From contig CAWIFB010000005.1 of assembly GCA_963835335.1 (NCBI GenBank), positions 7,657 to 71,656 of the forward strand: a stretch of DNA of 64,000 nt, read 5' to 3'. Position 1 is the stretch's first letter. The number at the start of each line of letters is the position of its first letter. The position numbers and the translations under genes were made by a program. This stretch comes from an uncultured Chloroflexia bacterium. Its GTDB lineage: Bacteria; Chloroflexota; Limnocylindria; Limnocylindrales; CSP1-4. Under the pieces are notes generated by a model. The model did not search any database, was not told where the DNA came from, and saw only the letters and a list, made by a program, of their open reading frames with translations. Below are positions 1 through 8,829 of this stretch, one piece after another.

Positions 1-201
1 GCCGGCATGACCCAGTTCCTGGGCAGCCTGCCGGCACAGGTGCAGCCGATGTTCGTCGAGGGGTTCCACAGCGCGATGACGATCGCGATCGCGAACAGCC
101 TGTGGCTGGGCGTGGGCGCAACCGTGCTGGCGCTGGGGGCCACGCTGCTGCTGCGCGAGATCCCGCTGCGCGACACGCATGGTGCCGGGTCGGCGCGCTG
201 A
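1..201 (+). CDS. C-terminal end of an integral membrane transporter (MFS-like), 5-prime partial
   Basis: The frame is open to the window start. The tail is hydrophobic and TM-like (TIAIANSLWLGVGATVLALGATLLL) and ends in a short polar stretch. Confidence 0.35.
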   Translation, partial: AGMTQFLGSLPAQVQPMFVEGFHSAMTIAIANSLWLGVGATVLALGATLLLREIPLRDTHGAGSAR

Positions 202-222
202 AGCCATGGCGTGACGATCCGA

Positions 223-1140
223 TCAGGCGAGGATCGCGCCCCGGGTGGGCAGGATCTCGTCGATCTCGTCGAGCACGTCCAGGAAGCCCTGGAGCGCCGG
301 CGAACGTGATCCTGCCGCACCCCGATGGACGGCCACGATCCGCCGCCGCGTCGGCGCGACGCCCACGAGGTCGACGGCCCGCAGGTCACCCCGCGCGAGA
401 TCGCCGGCGATCGCCGTATGCGGCAGGAGGGCGATCCCCAGACCCTGCCTGACCATGTGCTTGGCGGCCTCGATGTTGTCCAGCTCGATCACGCTTCGAG
501 GGGCGACGCCCGCAGCCCGGAACATCGCATTGGTGAGGTCGTAGTAGCTCGATGTGCGGTCGAACAGGATGAGCGTGGAGTCGGCGAGCCGCTCGACGCC
601 GATCGCGTCGCGACCGGCGAGCGGATGGTGGGCGGGAACCACGAGGACGAGCTCGTCCTCGTAGAGCGGCCTGACGGTGACCCCCGGGTGGACGAGCTCG
701 CGGATGAGCCCGATGTCAAGCTCGTCGCGTGCGACTTGATCGGCGATCTCCTCCGAGTGGCCGGTGCGGACGACCAGCCGCACGCCGCTGAACCGCCGGA
801 CAAAGCGCGCAAGGATGCCGGGCAGGACATAGGCACCGACCGCCGGAGCCGTCCCGATCGCGAGCTGGCCCGTGGTTCCCTGGGCGTGCTCCGCCACCAG
901 GCCCCGGCCGGCATCGAGCGCCCGGATCGCCCGCTCCGCGTGTGGCAGGAATGCGCGACCCGCGTGCGTGAGCTGCATCCCGCGATGTGACCGCTCGAAC
1001 AGCGGCGTGCCGAGCTCATCCTCGAGCAGCTTGATGCGCGCCGTCAGCGCCGGCTGGGTGACGTGGAGCACCGATGCGGCACGACTCAGGTTCCGCTGGC
1101 GGGCAATCTCGAGGAAGCCTTCGACCTGGGCGATGAGCAT
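223..1140 (-). CDS. LysR-family transcriptional regulator
   Basis: N-terminal HTH (FLEIARQRNLSRAASVLHVTQPALTARIKLLEDELG) followed by a LysR substrate-binding domain. The ATG at 1140 is chosen over the longer ORF start. It is divergent from the isocitrate lyase gene. Confidence 0.85.
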   Translation of the reverse strand: MLIAQVEGFLEIARQRNLSRAASVLHVTQPALTARIKLLEDELGTPLFERSHRGMQLTHAGRAFLPHAERAIRALDAGRGLVAEHAQGTTGQLAIGTAPAVGAYVLPGILARFVRRFSGVRLVVRTGHSEEIADQVARDELDIGLIRELVHPGVTVRPLYEDELVLVVPAHHPLAGRDAIGVERLADSTLILFDRTSSYYDLTNAMFRAAGVAPRSVIELDNIEAAKHMVRQGLGIALLPHTAIAGDLARGDLRAVDLVGVAPTRRRIVAVHRGAAGSRSPALQGFLDVLDEIDEILPTRGAILA

Positions 1141-1152
1141 GGCTGACCCTCG

Positions 1153-1185
1153 ATCATCAATGCAAATGATATGTCTGATCATATC
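1153..1185. promoter_or_regulatory. AT-rich palindromic operator candidates in the LysR/ICL divergent region
   Basis: ATCAT-N8-ATGAT (1153-1170) and GATATG-N6-CATATC (1168-1185) lie in the only AT-rich island of this intergenic region. This resembles a LysR-type T-N11-A architecture. Confidence 0.45.
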
Positions 1186-1250
1186 AAGTGATTTGACTGA
1201 TGCCATCGCCTCCCGCAGGATGTGGTTCCCAACCCCACGGAGGGCCGATC

Positions 1251-1445
1251 ATGACCCACCTTTCCGAATTCCCTGCCTTCTCCGTCGACCTGCTCCTGCG
1301 GCGCACCCCGCCACCCGAATGGATGGCCGTGACCTGGGCTGCCGTCGGGACCCAGCTCGCCTGGCCGCCGGCGCCTCGGTCGGAGCCCGAGACTGCCGAG
1401 TGCACGTGTCCCGTCGACTGCATCCGCGACCACGAAAACGACTGA
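1251..1445 (+). CDS. small hypothetical protein (64 aa), Cys-rich C-terminus
   Basis: ATG preceded by GGAGGG at about 7 nt. Third-position GC is high, like true genes here. It ends 15 nt before the ICL start. I recognise no family. Confidence 0.35.
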   Translation: MTHLSEFPAFSVDLLLRRTPPPEWMAVTWAAVGTQLAWPPAPRSEPETAECTCPVDCIRDHEND

Positions 1446-1460
1446 TCGAGCGTCCGCCCC

Positions 1461-3809
1461 ATGCTCGAAACACCGCCCTCTGCCGCGGGGGTCCCGGCCC
1501 AGCCCCCCGGCTCGGCCATCGCCGAGATCCCGGACTGGCTGACCGGCCCCCGCTTCGCCCGCATCACGCGCCTCCATTCCGCCCGCCAGGTCGCCGAGCA
1601 GCGGGGCACGATCGCGGCCGAGTACACGGTCGCCCGGGACGCGGCGACGGCGTTCCACGCGCGGCTGCGCGAGCTGTTCGAGCAGCGGCGGTCCATCACC
1701 ACGTTTGGTCCCTACTCCCCCGGCCAGGCGGTGATCGCCAGGCGGCTCGGGATCGAAGGGATCTACCTCGGTGGCTGGGCGACCTCGGCCAAGGGATCGG
1801 CAACGGAGGACCCGGGGCCCGATCTGGCCAGCTACCCGCTGTCACAGGTCCCGGACGAGGCGGCCGGCCTGGTCCGGGCGCTGCTGACCGCCGATCGAAA
1901 TCAGCATTTCCTGCGCTCGCGCATGACGCCCGAGCAGCGCGCCGCGACGCCGGCGGCGGACTACCGGCCGTTCATCATCGCGGACGCCGACACGGGCCAC
2001 GGCGGTGACCCCCACGTTCGCAACCTGATCCGGCGGTTCGTCGAGGCGGGCGTCCCGGGCTACCACATCGAGGATCAGCGCCCGGGCACCAAGAAGTGCG
2101 GTCACCAGGGCGGCAAGGTCCTGGTGTCCTGCAACGAGCAGATCAAGCGCCTCAATGCCGCCCGCTTCCAGCTGGACGTCATGGGCGTGCCCGGGATCAT
2201 CGTTGCCCGGACCGACGCCGAGTCCGCCAACCTGCTCGAGTCGCGCGGCGACGAGCGCGACCAGCCGTTCATCCTGGGCGTCACGAACCTCGAGGTGCCG
2301 TCGTACAAGGTGGCCTTCCTCGCGCTGCTCCGGCGCTTCCACGACGCGGGCGTGGAGGAGCTCAACGGGCATCGGCTATATGCGATCGATGACGGCGCAT
2401 ACTGCGCGGCCGACGCCTGGCTGGACCGCGCCGGGATCGCGGACGTGGTGCGCGCGGCAAGCGCGGACATCGCGGGTGGTGCCGATCTCGACACGACCTT
2501 TGACCGGGCGGCCGAACGGTTCCTCGCGGCCTGGGAGGAGGACGCCGGTCTGGCGACCTACGCGGATGCGGTCGCGGACCTCCTGGAAGCGCGCGAGCTG
2601 GAGGAGCGCGAGCGCGACGACGATCTCGACCCCGGACCCGTCGCCGAGGGCGCGGAGGACGGACAGGCATCGTCCTCGGAGACGCGCGACGCATGGCTGG
2701 CCTTTGCGCGGGGTGCGTCCCATGCGGTCGCGCAGGCGCGTGCGAGCGAGCTCGGGCTCGAGGTCAGCTGGGACTGCGAGCGAGCCACGACCCCGGAGGG
2801 CTACTACCAGGTCGCGGGCGGCATCCCCTACGCCATCGCCAAGTCGCTCGCCGTCGCACCGTTCGCGGACATCCTGTGGATGGAGACCAAGACCGCCGAT
2901 CTCGCCGACGCCCGCCAGTTCGCCGATGCGATCCATGCGGTGCACCCGGACCAGATGCTGGCCTACAACCTGTCGCCGTCGTTCAACTGGGACTCGACCG
3001 GCATGACCGACGACGAGATGCGGCGATTCCCCGAGGAGCTGGGCAAGCTCGGGTTCGTGTTCAACTTCATCACCTACGGCGGACACCAGGTCGATGGCGT
3101 CGCGGCGGAGGAGTTCGCGACCGCGCTCCAGCAGGACGGGATGCTCGCGCTCGCCCGGCTCCAGCGGAAGATCCGGCTGGTCGAGTCGCCGTACCGCACG
3201 CCGCAGACGCTGGTGGGTGGCCCGCGCCTGGACGCCGCTCTGGTCGCATCATCGGGCCGCACCGCCACGACGATGGCGATGGGCAAGGGCTCGACCCAGC
3301 ATCAGCACGCGCAGCAGACCGAGGTTCCCAAGCGGCTGCTGGAGCAGTGGCTCGCGCTCTGGGCGGAGCACAACGGAGTCGACCCGGCCCCGCGCGTCCG
3401 GCTGTTGCCACGCCGGGCCGGGTCGGAGCTGCTCGAGCTCGCCCTGCTGGGCGCGGGTGACCGCAAGCTCGCCGGGATCGTGTTCGCCCCCATCCACGAT
3501 CGCCGCGGCCGGAGCATCCTCTCCGTTCGCGACCAGAACACGTTCGATCCGACGCTTCGTCGCCGGCGGCTGATGACGCTGGCTCACCTGTACCTGATCC
3601 ACCGCTACCGGGCGGAGTCGGTGCACTACGTCAGCCCGACCGAGGACAACGCGATCCAGACGGCTCGGATGCAGGAGCTGGGCATGTTCCGCGAGGTCAA
3701 CACCGAGATCGGCGAGGTCATCGTCGCCGAGGTGAGCCGTGAGCGGATCGGCGAGCTGGTCGCCCCGGACCAGGCGGCCCTGCGGCTGCTGATCGGCAAG
3801 ACCGGGTAG
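1461..3809 (+). CDS. aceA: isocitrate lyase, long (ICL2-like, 782 aa) form
   Basis: Catalytic signature [12 protein letters not shown]. Conserved blocks [11 protein letters not shown] and ARTDAE. The length and inserted domain match the mycobacterial ICL2 type. Confidence 0.9.
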   Translation: MLETPPSAAGVPAQPPGSAIAEIPDWLTGPRFARITRLHSARQVAEQRGTIAAEYTVARDAATAFHARLRELFEQRRSITTFGPYSPGQAVIARRLGIEGIYLGGWATSAKGSATEDPGPDLASYPLSQVPDEAAGLVRALLTADRNQHFLRSRMTPEQRAATPAADYRPFIIADADTGHGGDPHVRNLIRRFVEAGVPGYHIEDQRPGTKKCGHQGGKVLVSCNEQIKRLNAARFQLDVMGVPGIIVARTDAESANLLESRGDERDQPFILGVTNLEVPSYKVAFLALLRRFHDAGVEELNGHRLYAIDDGAYCAADAWLDRAGIADVVRAASADIAGGADLDTTFDRAAERFLAAWEEDAGLATYADAVADLLEARELEERERDDDLDPGPVAEGAEDGQASSSETRDAWLAFARGASHAVAQARASELGLEVSWDCERATTPEGYYQVAGGIPYAIAKSLAVAPFADILWMETKTADLADARQFADAIHAVHPDQMLAYNLSPSFNWDSTGMTDDEMRRFPEELGKLGFVFNFITYGGHQVDGVAAEEFATALQQDGMLALARLQRKIRLVESPYRTPQTLVGGPRLDAALVASSGRTATTMAMGKGSTQHQHAQQTEVPKRLLEQWLALWAEHNGVDPAPRVRLLPRRAGSELLELALLGAGDRKLAGIVFAPIHDRRGRSILSVRDQNTFDPTLRRRRLMTLAHLYLIHRYRAESVHYVSPTEDNAIQTARMQELGMFREVNTEIGEVIVAEVSRERIGELVAPDQAALRLLIGKTG

Positions 3810-6543
3810 GCTCTCGTCCGCTGCGCTCCGCCTTCGGCGACACAGCAACCGGGGCAACAGCGGGCCGCCCGAACAGGTATCCCTGGCCGAGCTGGACCTC
3901 GAGCCGCTCGAGGACCGCGCGCTCGGCCTCGGTCTCGATCCCCTCGGCGATGACGCGACAGTCGGTTGCGCGCGCAAAGTGGACCAGGGCGACGATGAGG
4001 GCCTGCCGGGTGAGGTCCGCGTTGACGCCGCGTACGAGACCGATGTCGACCTTCACGAACTGCGGCCGGAGCTCGACGAGATGGTTGAAGTTCGCGACGC
4101 CGGCACCCGCGTCGTCGACCGCCAGGCGGAGGCCGGCGCCCAGCGCAACGAAGGACGACCGCAGCGCCCCGTAGTCGTCGATCGCGGCGTGCTCGGTGAT
4201 CTCGAGGACCGCGGGCCGGGTCCGGTCCGCAAGGATGGAGCGCAGCTCGTCGCCCGCCAGGATCAGTGCAGGAGACACGTTGAGGGTGAGGAAGCAGTCC
4301 GCCGGCAGCCCGTCGGATGCCGTGATCGCAGCACGCAGTGTGGCCAGCTCAAGGTCCTGCTCGAGCCCACAGCGTCGGGCATCGGCGAACACCCGATCAG
4401 GCGGGATGCCGTCATCGAACCGGGTCAACGCCTCGTAGCCAACGGGCTCGCGGGTTGCGATGTCGACGATCGGCTGGAAGACCGGATGGAACGCGCCGGC
4501 TGCGATCACGTCCGCGATCCGCGACCGGGATCGGGCCGCCTCCCAACGTCCGCGGAGCGGGGCCTCCAGCAGCAGGCGGGCCGTGGGCGCGAACTCGACC
4601 AGGGTCGGCAGGTAGGTGGCGAGATTGTCGGCGCCGCGCGGGTCCGTGGTCCCGACGACGAGCAGCCCGATGGGCCCGCCGTCGCCGGGGATCGGCGCGT
4701 AGATGGCCGCGTGCAACCCGGTCGCGGCAACTCGTCGCTCGTACTCGCCATCATCCGGACCAGGCGCGAACCGTGCGGCCCAGGCGCCCCCCTTCGCCCG
4801 CTCGAGCAGGTACGCCGACCGGGCCGCCGGGAGCGTCCCGCCCACCTCGACCGGGCCGATGCGTCCGCCGCCCCTGCCCAGGACCACGGCGAGGCCGTCA
4901 TGGTCGAACGCGATGACCGTCGGCGATTCCATCCCGTCCATGCCCAGCAGCGCGTCGGCGATCGATTGGGCGGTGGCCTCGGGAGTCTCGCCCGCCTCGA
5001 GGCGGCTCAGCGTTTCGGCGATCTGTGCGCGCTGGCGGGCCGCACCCTCGAGGCTCGTCTCGACCTCGCGCAGGTGGGTGACGTCGCGCTTCACCGCGAC
5101 ATAGGAGGTGGGCGCCCCTCGCAAATCAACGACGGGCGTGATCGAGGCCTCCTCGATGTACAGGGTCCCGTCCTTCTTGCGATTGACGAGCTCGCCCTCC
5201 CAGGTCGCACCTGCCGCGAGCGTCGACCACATGTCGGCGTAGAGCTCGGGTGTCTGGACTCCGCTCTGGAGGATCCGCGGGTTGCGGCCGATCACCTCCG
5301 CCGCGGCGTAGCCGGTGATCCGCTCGAAGGCCGGGTTGACGTACGTGATGTTCGCGTCGAGATCGGTGATCACGACCAATTCGGCGGTCTGCTCGATCAC
5401 GGCGGCGAGGCGCGTTCGCTCGGCATCGTCGGATTCCTGGGCGGCGCGCGCCCGCAGCGTGACAACCCCGAAGGCGAGGTCGGCCGCAAGCCCCTCGAGC
5501 AGGTCGACCTCCTCCGCGCCAAGGGTCCCGACCTCGTCTGAGTAGATGACCAGCGTGCCGAATGCCGCGCTGCTTCCGTTGCGCAACGGGATCGCAGCAC
5601 CCGATGCGTAGCCCAGCGCGAGCGCCGTGCTGCGCCACGGCGCGTAGCTCGGATCCGTGGCGATGTCGGCGAGGACCACCGTGCGACCTTCGCGGATCGA
5701 GGTGCCGACCGGACCCATCCCGCGTGCCTCGGGGTGCCAGGTCACGTTCAGCCCCACCTGATACCCGACGCCGTACCCGGCCGAGGCCACCGGCCTGACG
5801 GTACCGGCCTCGTCATTCTCCCGGTACCCGACCCACGCATAGCGATACGCACCCTCCTCGACGACGACACGGCAGATCGCCTCGACGAGCTCGTCCTCGC
5901 TGGTCGCGTGCACGAGCGCGGCATTCGCTGCCGTCAGGGTGCGGAGCACCCGGTTGAGACGCTCCACCGCCGCCTGCGCCGCCTGCCGGTCGCTGACGTC
6001 GCGTGCGACGCCCTCGACGGCGACGAGTCGCCCTTCGGCGTCGAAGATCGGATGGCTTCGCTGCTCGAGCGACACCACGTGACCATCCGGGTGGGACAGC
6101 CGCAGGAGGACCGCCGACGGCACGTCCGACTGGTTCGCGGCCGGCGCGAGCAGGTGCCGGTCGTCCGGGTGCACGAGGCGTTCCATCAGGCCCGGATCCG
6201 CGTAGAACTCGGCCGGGGAGTGGCCGAGCACGGTCTCGACCGACGGGCTCACGTACTCGAATGCAGGCGTCGGGAGGACCCGGTAGCGCGAGATCACATC
6301 CGGGGCATGCTCGGCAAGGAGGCGGAAACGCTGCTCGTGCGCGACGATCTCGCTGACATGCCGGGCGCGTTGGGCTTCGTGACGGCGCAGCAGGAACGCG
6401 AGGGTCGCGCCGGTCACGGCAACGAATGCCCAACCCTTGAGCGTCGAGGCCGTGACCAGCATCTGGGGGTCTGCGATCAGGACGCCGAGGAGCTGATCGC
6501 TCAGTTCGATCCAGAGCACCGCGCTGACCACATAGGTGAGCAC
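3718..6543 (-). CDS. membrane-anchored PAS/GAF/PAS sensor with C-terminal EAL phosphodiesterase domain (no GGDEF domain seen)
   Basis: N-terminal TM helices, PAS-like blocks and GAF-like blocks. EAL motifs are present ([27 protein letters not shown]). GTG start at 6543. The 3-prime end overlaps the ICL 3-prime end by 92 nt. Confidence 0.85.
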   Translation of the reverse strand: MLTYVVSAVLWIELSDQLLGVLIADPQMLVTASTLKGWAFVAVTGATLAFLLRRHEAQRARHVSEIVAHEQRFRLLAEHAPDVISRYRVLPTPAFEYVSPSVETVLGHSPAEFYADPGLMERLVHPDDRHLLAPAANQSDVPSAVLLRLSHPDGHVVSLEQRSHPIFDAEGRLVAVEGVARDVSDRQAAQAAVERLNRVLRTLTAANAALVHATSEDELVEAICRVVVEEGAYRYAWVGYRENDEAGTVRPVASAGYGVGYQVGLNVTWHPEARGMGPVGTSIREGRTVVLADIATDPSYAPWRSTALALGYASGAAIPLRNGSSAAFGTLVIYSDEVGTLGAEEVDLLEGLAADLAFGVVTLRARAAQESDDAERTRLAAVIEQTAELVVITDLDANITYVNPAFERITGYAAAEVIGRNPRILQSGVQTPELYADMWSTLAAGATWEGELVNRKKDGTLYIEEASITPVVDLRGAPTSYVAVKRDVTHLREVETSLEGAARQRAQIAETLSRLEAGETPEATAQSIADALLGMDGMESPTVIAFDHDGLAVVLGRGGGRIGPVEVGGTLPAARSAYLLERAKGGAWAARFAPGPDDGEYERRVAATGLHAAIYAPIPGDGGPIGLLVVGTTDPRGADNLATYLPTLVEFAPTARLLLEAPLRGRWEAARSRSRIADVIAAGAFHPVFQPIVDIATREPVGYEALTRFDDGIPPDRVFADARRCGLEQDLELATLRAAITASDGLPADCFLTLNVSPALILAGDELRSILADRTRPAVLEITEHAAIDDYGALRSSFVALGAGLRLAVDDAGAGVANFNHLVELRPQFVKVDIGLVRGVNADLTRQALIVALVHFARATDCRVIAEGIETEAERAVLERLEVQLGQGYLFGRPAVAPVAVSPKAERSGREPTRSCRSAAAGPPGPGRPARRSAHGSPRRR

Positions 6544-6595
6544 GATGGTCGCGGCCGACAGCCGCAGGCGACCAAACAGGCGCCTGGGCGCCGAG

Positions 6596-6671
6596 GTCGT
6601 CGCTCCTGAAATGCCGGTGACTCCTGAAATGTGGGTGACTCCTGGAACTGCGGGTGACCCAATCGATTGTC
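6596..6671. repeat. about 4 tandem copies of an 18-19 nt unit (G)GTGACTCCTGAAATGN
   Basis: Read directly: gtcgctcctgaaatgcc / ggtgactcctgaaatgtg / ggtgactcctggaactgcg / ggtgacccaatcg. It lies 50-130 nt upstream of the EAL sensor start. Confidence 0.7.
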
Positions 6672-6789
6672 AGCGGCGGGCGCTGCACGTCGAGAACCTG
6701 GAAGTACCTCCGAGCTGCGGCGCGAAGCTGGCGCGGTACCACGTGGGGTGCACACGCCCACCCTGGTGGCCGGTTGGCGGGATGGCCGC

Positions 6790-6818
6790 TTGGCGCGGCC
6801 CGGGCGTCCCGCTAGAAT
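6790..6818 (+). promoter_or_regulatory. candidate sigma70-type promoter of tRNA-Gly
   Basis: TTGGCG-N17-TAGAAT, with the -10 element ending 13 nt before the mature tRNA 5-prime end. Confidence 0.55.
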
Positions 6819-6831
6819 GTCGTCCTCCCGA

Positions 6832-6907
6832 GCGGGAGTAACTCAGCTGGCAGAGTGTCTGCTTCCCAAGCAGAATGTCGCGGGTTCGAATCCCGTCTCC
6901 CGCTCCA
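6832..6907 (+). tRNA. tRNA-Gly (anticodon CCC), CCA encoded
   Basis: Manual cloverleaf: acceptor GCGGGAG/CTCCCGC, D stem ACTC/GAGT, anticodon stem TCTGC/GCAGA with loop TTCCCAA, T arm GCGGG-TTCGAAT-CCCGT, discriminator T plus CCA. Total 76 nt. Confidence 0.9.
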
Positions 6908-6962
6908 CTTTCCCCGTCCGTGTCTTCGGACCCTTCGCTGCCCGCCATCTAGACTCGCCGCC

Positions 6963-7832
6963 ATGGCTCACGCTGACGTCCCCGAGTCCAGCCATCGTGC
7001 CGCGGTCGAGCAGGCGCGAGCAGCACGTGAGGCGCGGCTGCGAGGCCCCACGGGCTGGCTCAGCCTGGTTGGCCTTCACTGGCTGCAGCCCGGTCGGCAG
7101 CGGTTCGGGTCGAGCACTGAGAACGAGATCGTGCTGCGGGCAGAGGATGGCGAGGTCGGCGAGGTGGCCGGCACCATCGAGGTGACGGGCGCCCGTGTGC
7201 TCCTCCATCCGGAGCCCGACGCGACGTTGATGGTCGGCGGCCGGCCCGTCGTCGACGTCCTGGAGCTGGCGGACGACGAGGCGAAGACCCCGACGATGCT
7301 CGAGCTGGCATCGCTCCGCCTGGTCCTCATCCGACGGACGGGGCGCCCGGGGATCCGGGTGCGGGACACGCACGCGCCGGCGTTGCGCGCCTTTCGGGGT
7401 CTTGACTACTTCGCCATCGACCCGTGCTGGCGGATCACCGGCCGCCTCCTGCGGGATGCTCCAGATGCCACCATTCCCGTCCCCGACGTCCTGGGCAACG
7501 TCGTCGATGAGCACACGCCGGGCGTCGTCGAGTTCGAGGTCGATGGGCAGCCATGTCGCCTCGCCGCGCTCGAGGCCGGACCCGATGCCCTGGCGCTCGT
7601 GTTCGGCGACCGGACGAACGGGCGTGAGACGTACGGTGGCGGCCAATTCCTGGTGACGGGGGCAGTCCGCGACGACGACACCGTCGAGGTGGACTTCAAC
7701 CTCGCGTACAACCCGCCGTGCGTCTTCTCGCCCTACGCGACGTGCCCGATGCCCCCGCGCGGCAACCGGCTCGACGTCCCGATCGAGGCTGGCGAGAAGG
7801 TATTCCACGCATCGGAGCCGGGGCCCGCATAG
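6963..7832 (+). CDS. DUF1684-family protein
   Basis: The N-terminal region (REARLRGPTGWLSLVGLHWL) and the C-terminal block (RETYGGGQFL ... AYNPPCVFSPYATCPMPP) are typical of DUF1684. Start set at the ATG just after the tRNA. Confidence 0.7.
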   Translation: MAHADVPESSHRAAVEQARAAREARLRGPTGWLSLVGLHWLQPGRQRFGSSTENEIVLRAEDGEVGEVAGTIEVTGARVLLHPEPDATLMVGGRPVVDVLELADDEAKTPTMLELASLRLVLIRRTGRPGIRVRDTHAPALRAFRGLDYFAIDPCWRITGRLLRDAPDATIPVPDVLGNVVDEHTPGVVEFEVDGQPCRLAALEAGPDALALVFGDRTNGRETYGGGQFLVTGAVRDDDTVEVDFNLAYNPPCVFSPYATCPMPPRGNRLDVPIEAGEKVFHASEPGPA

Positions 7833-7990
7833 GGCGGTGTCGCAAGGACGCAACCGCCAGCCGCGGCGCAGGGAGTCCAACCACGCGCCAGCGTTTCCGG
7901 GACGGGTCGCACGCAAAGAGCGTTCGCCGAAGGCGGGTCGCCACCCCATGCCTCCGACGAACGCTCAGACGCTGTTCCCGGCTCGCGGGA

Positions 7991-8482
7991 CTAGTTCACG
8001 GACCCCTCAAGCGAGAAGGTGACGCGCGGTGGACCGATGTGGGCAAACGCGTCACGGAAGTCGGCCAGTGCCGTCCATCCGCCACGCCCGTGAAGGGCCG
8101 CATAGGCGCCGGTCCCGCTCGCGACGACCCACTGGCCCTCGCCTGAGGCGAGCGGCGCGGGCAGCTGTCCGAACAGCCCGACGAGCTCGATCGTGACGGT
8201 GCCGTCGGCCCCGGCGAGACGAATGGTCGAGTGGAGCGAGTTCGGGTCACCCGTCAGGAGGTGGCCCTGGCCTGCGAACCAGCCGCTTCCTGTCTCGGTA
8301 CCGGCGTCGGTGAGGAACCCCGACATCGTGAACGAACCGGTCGTCGTCGAAGCCTCGAGATTGCCCGCCAGCGCCACGGATACCCCGATCTCGATGGGCT
8401 GCGGCGACGTCGCTGTCACCACCGGAGCGGCTGCGAAGGTGGCCGCCGTGGCGACCGCGAGGGTCATGAGACGTACGCGCAT
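7991..8482 (-). CDS. secreted hypothetical protein (signal peptide)
   Basis: N-terminal MRVRLMTLAVATAATFAAAPVVTA signal-like sequence followed by a Gly/Thr-rich, beta-rich body. Last gene of the LAL-regulator transcription unit. Confidence 0.55.
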   Translation of the reverse strand: MRVRLMTLAVATAATFAAAPVVTATSPQPIEIGVSVALAGNLEASTTTGSFTMSGFLTDAGTETGSGWFAGQGHLLTGDPNSLHSTIRLAGADGTVTIELVGLFGQLPAPLASGEGQWVVASGTGAYAALHGRGGWTALADFRDAFAHIGPPRVTFSLEGSVN

Positions 8483-8498
8483 GGTGTGTTGACCTCCG

Positions 8499-8783
8499 TC
8501 ATGACTGCGTGGTGGGCTCTACCTGGACCAGCCGATCAGCCCGGAACCGGCTGTCCCGGCAGACCTGGGCGATCGCGTTCGCGCTCGCGGACTCGAGCAG
8601 GCACAACGCCTGCTCGTCGGCCGGAAGGACGACGCTCGCGAGGACGATGACGCCGGCGGCCTCGCGCGCGGCGGCGGTCGTCAGCTCACGAAGCCGGGCG
8701 TGGAGGAGGCTGGCCGGCGCACCGGGCTCGTACTGCTCGAGGAGCCAGGTGTGGCGCCCAGAGGGTCGATCGATGTCTGCCAT
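8499..8783 (-). CDS. small cytoplasmic protein, possibly DUF4242-like
   Basis: 94 aa starting at the ATG at 8783. The C-terminal pattern (DEQALCLLESASANAIAQVC...DRLVQV) resembles the DUF4242 family. This is a tentative call. Confidence 0.4.
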   Translation of the reverse strand: MADIDRPSGRHTWLLEQYEPGAPASLLHARLRELTTAAAREAAGVIVLASVVLPADEQALCLLESASANAIAQVCRDSRFRADRLVQVEPTTQS

Positions 8784-8829
8784 GCGAGGACGGTATGGGC
8801 GCCCGGCTCGTGGTTCATCGGGAACCCCC

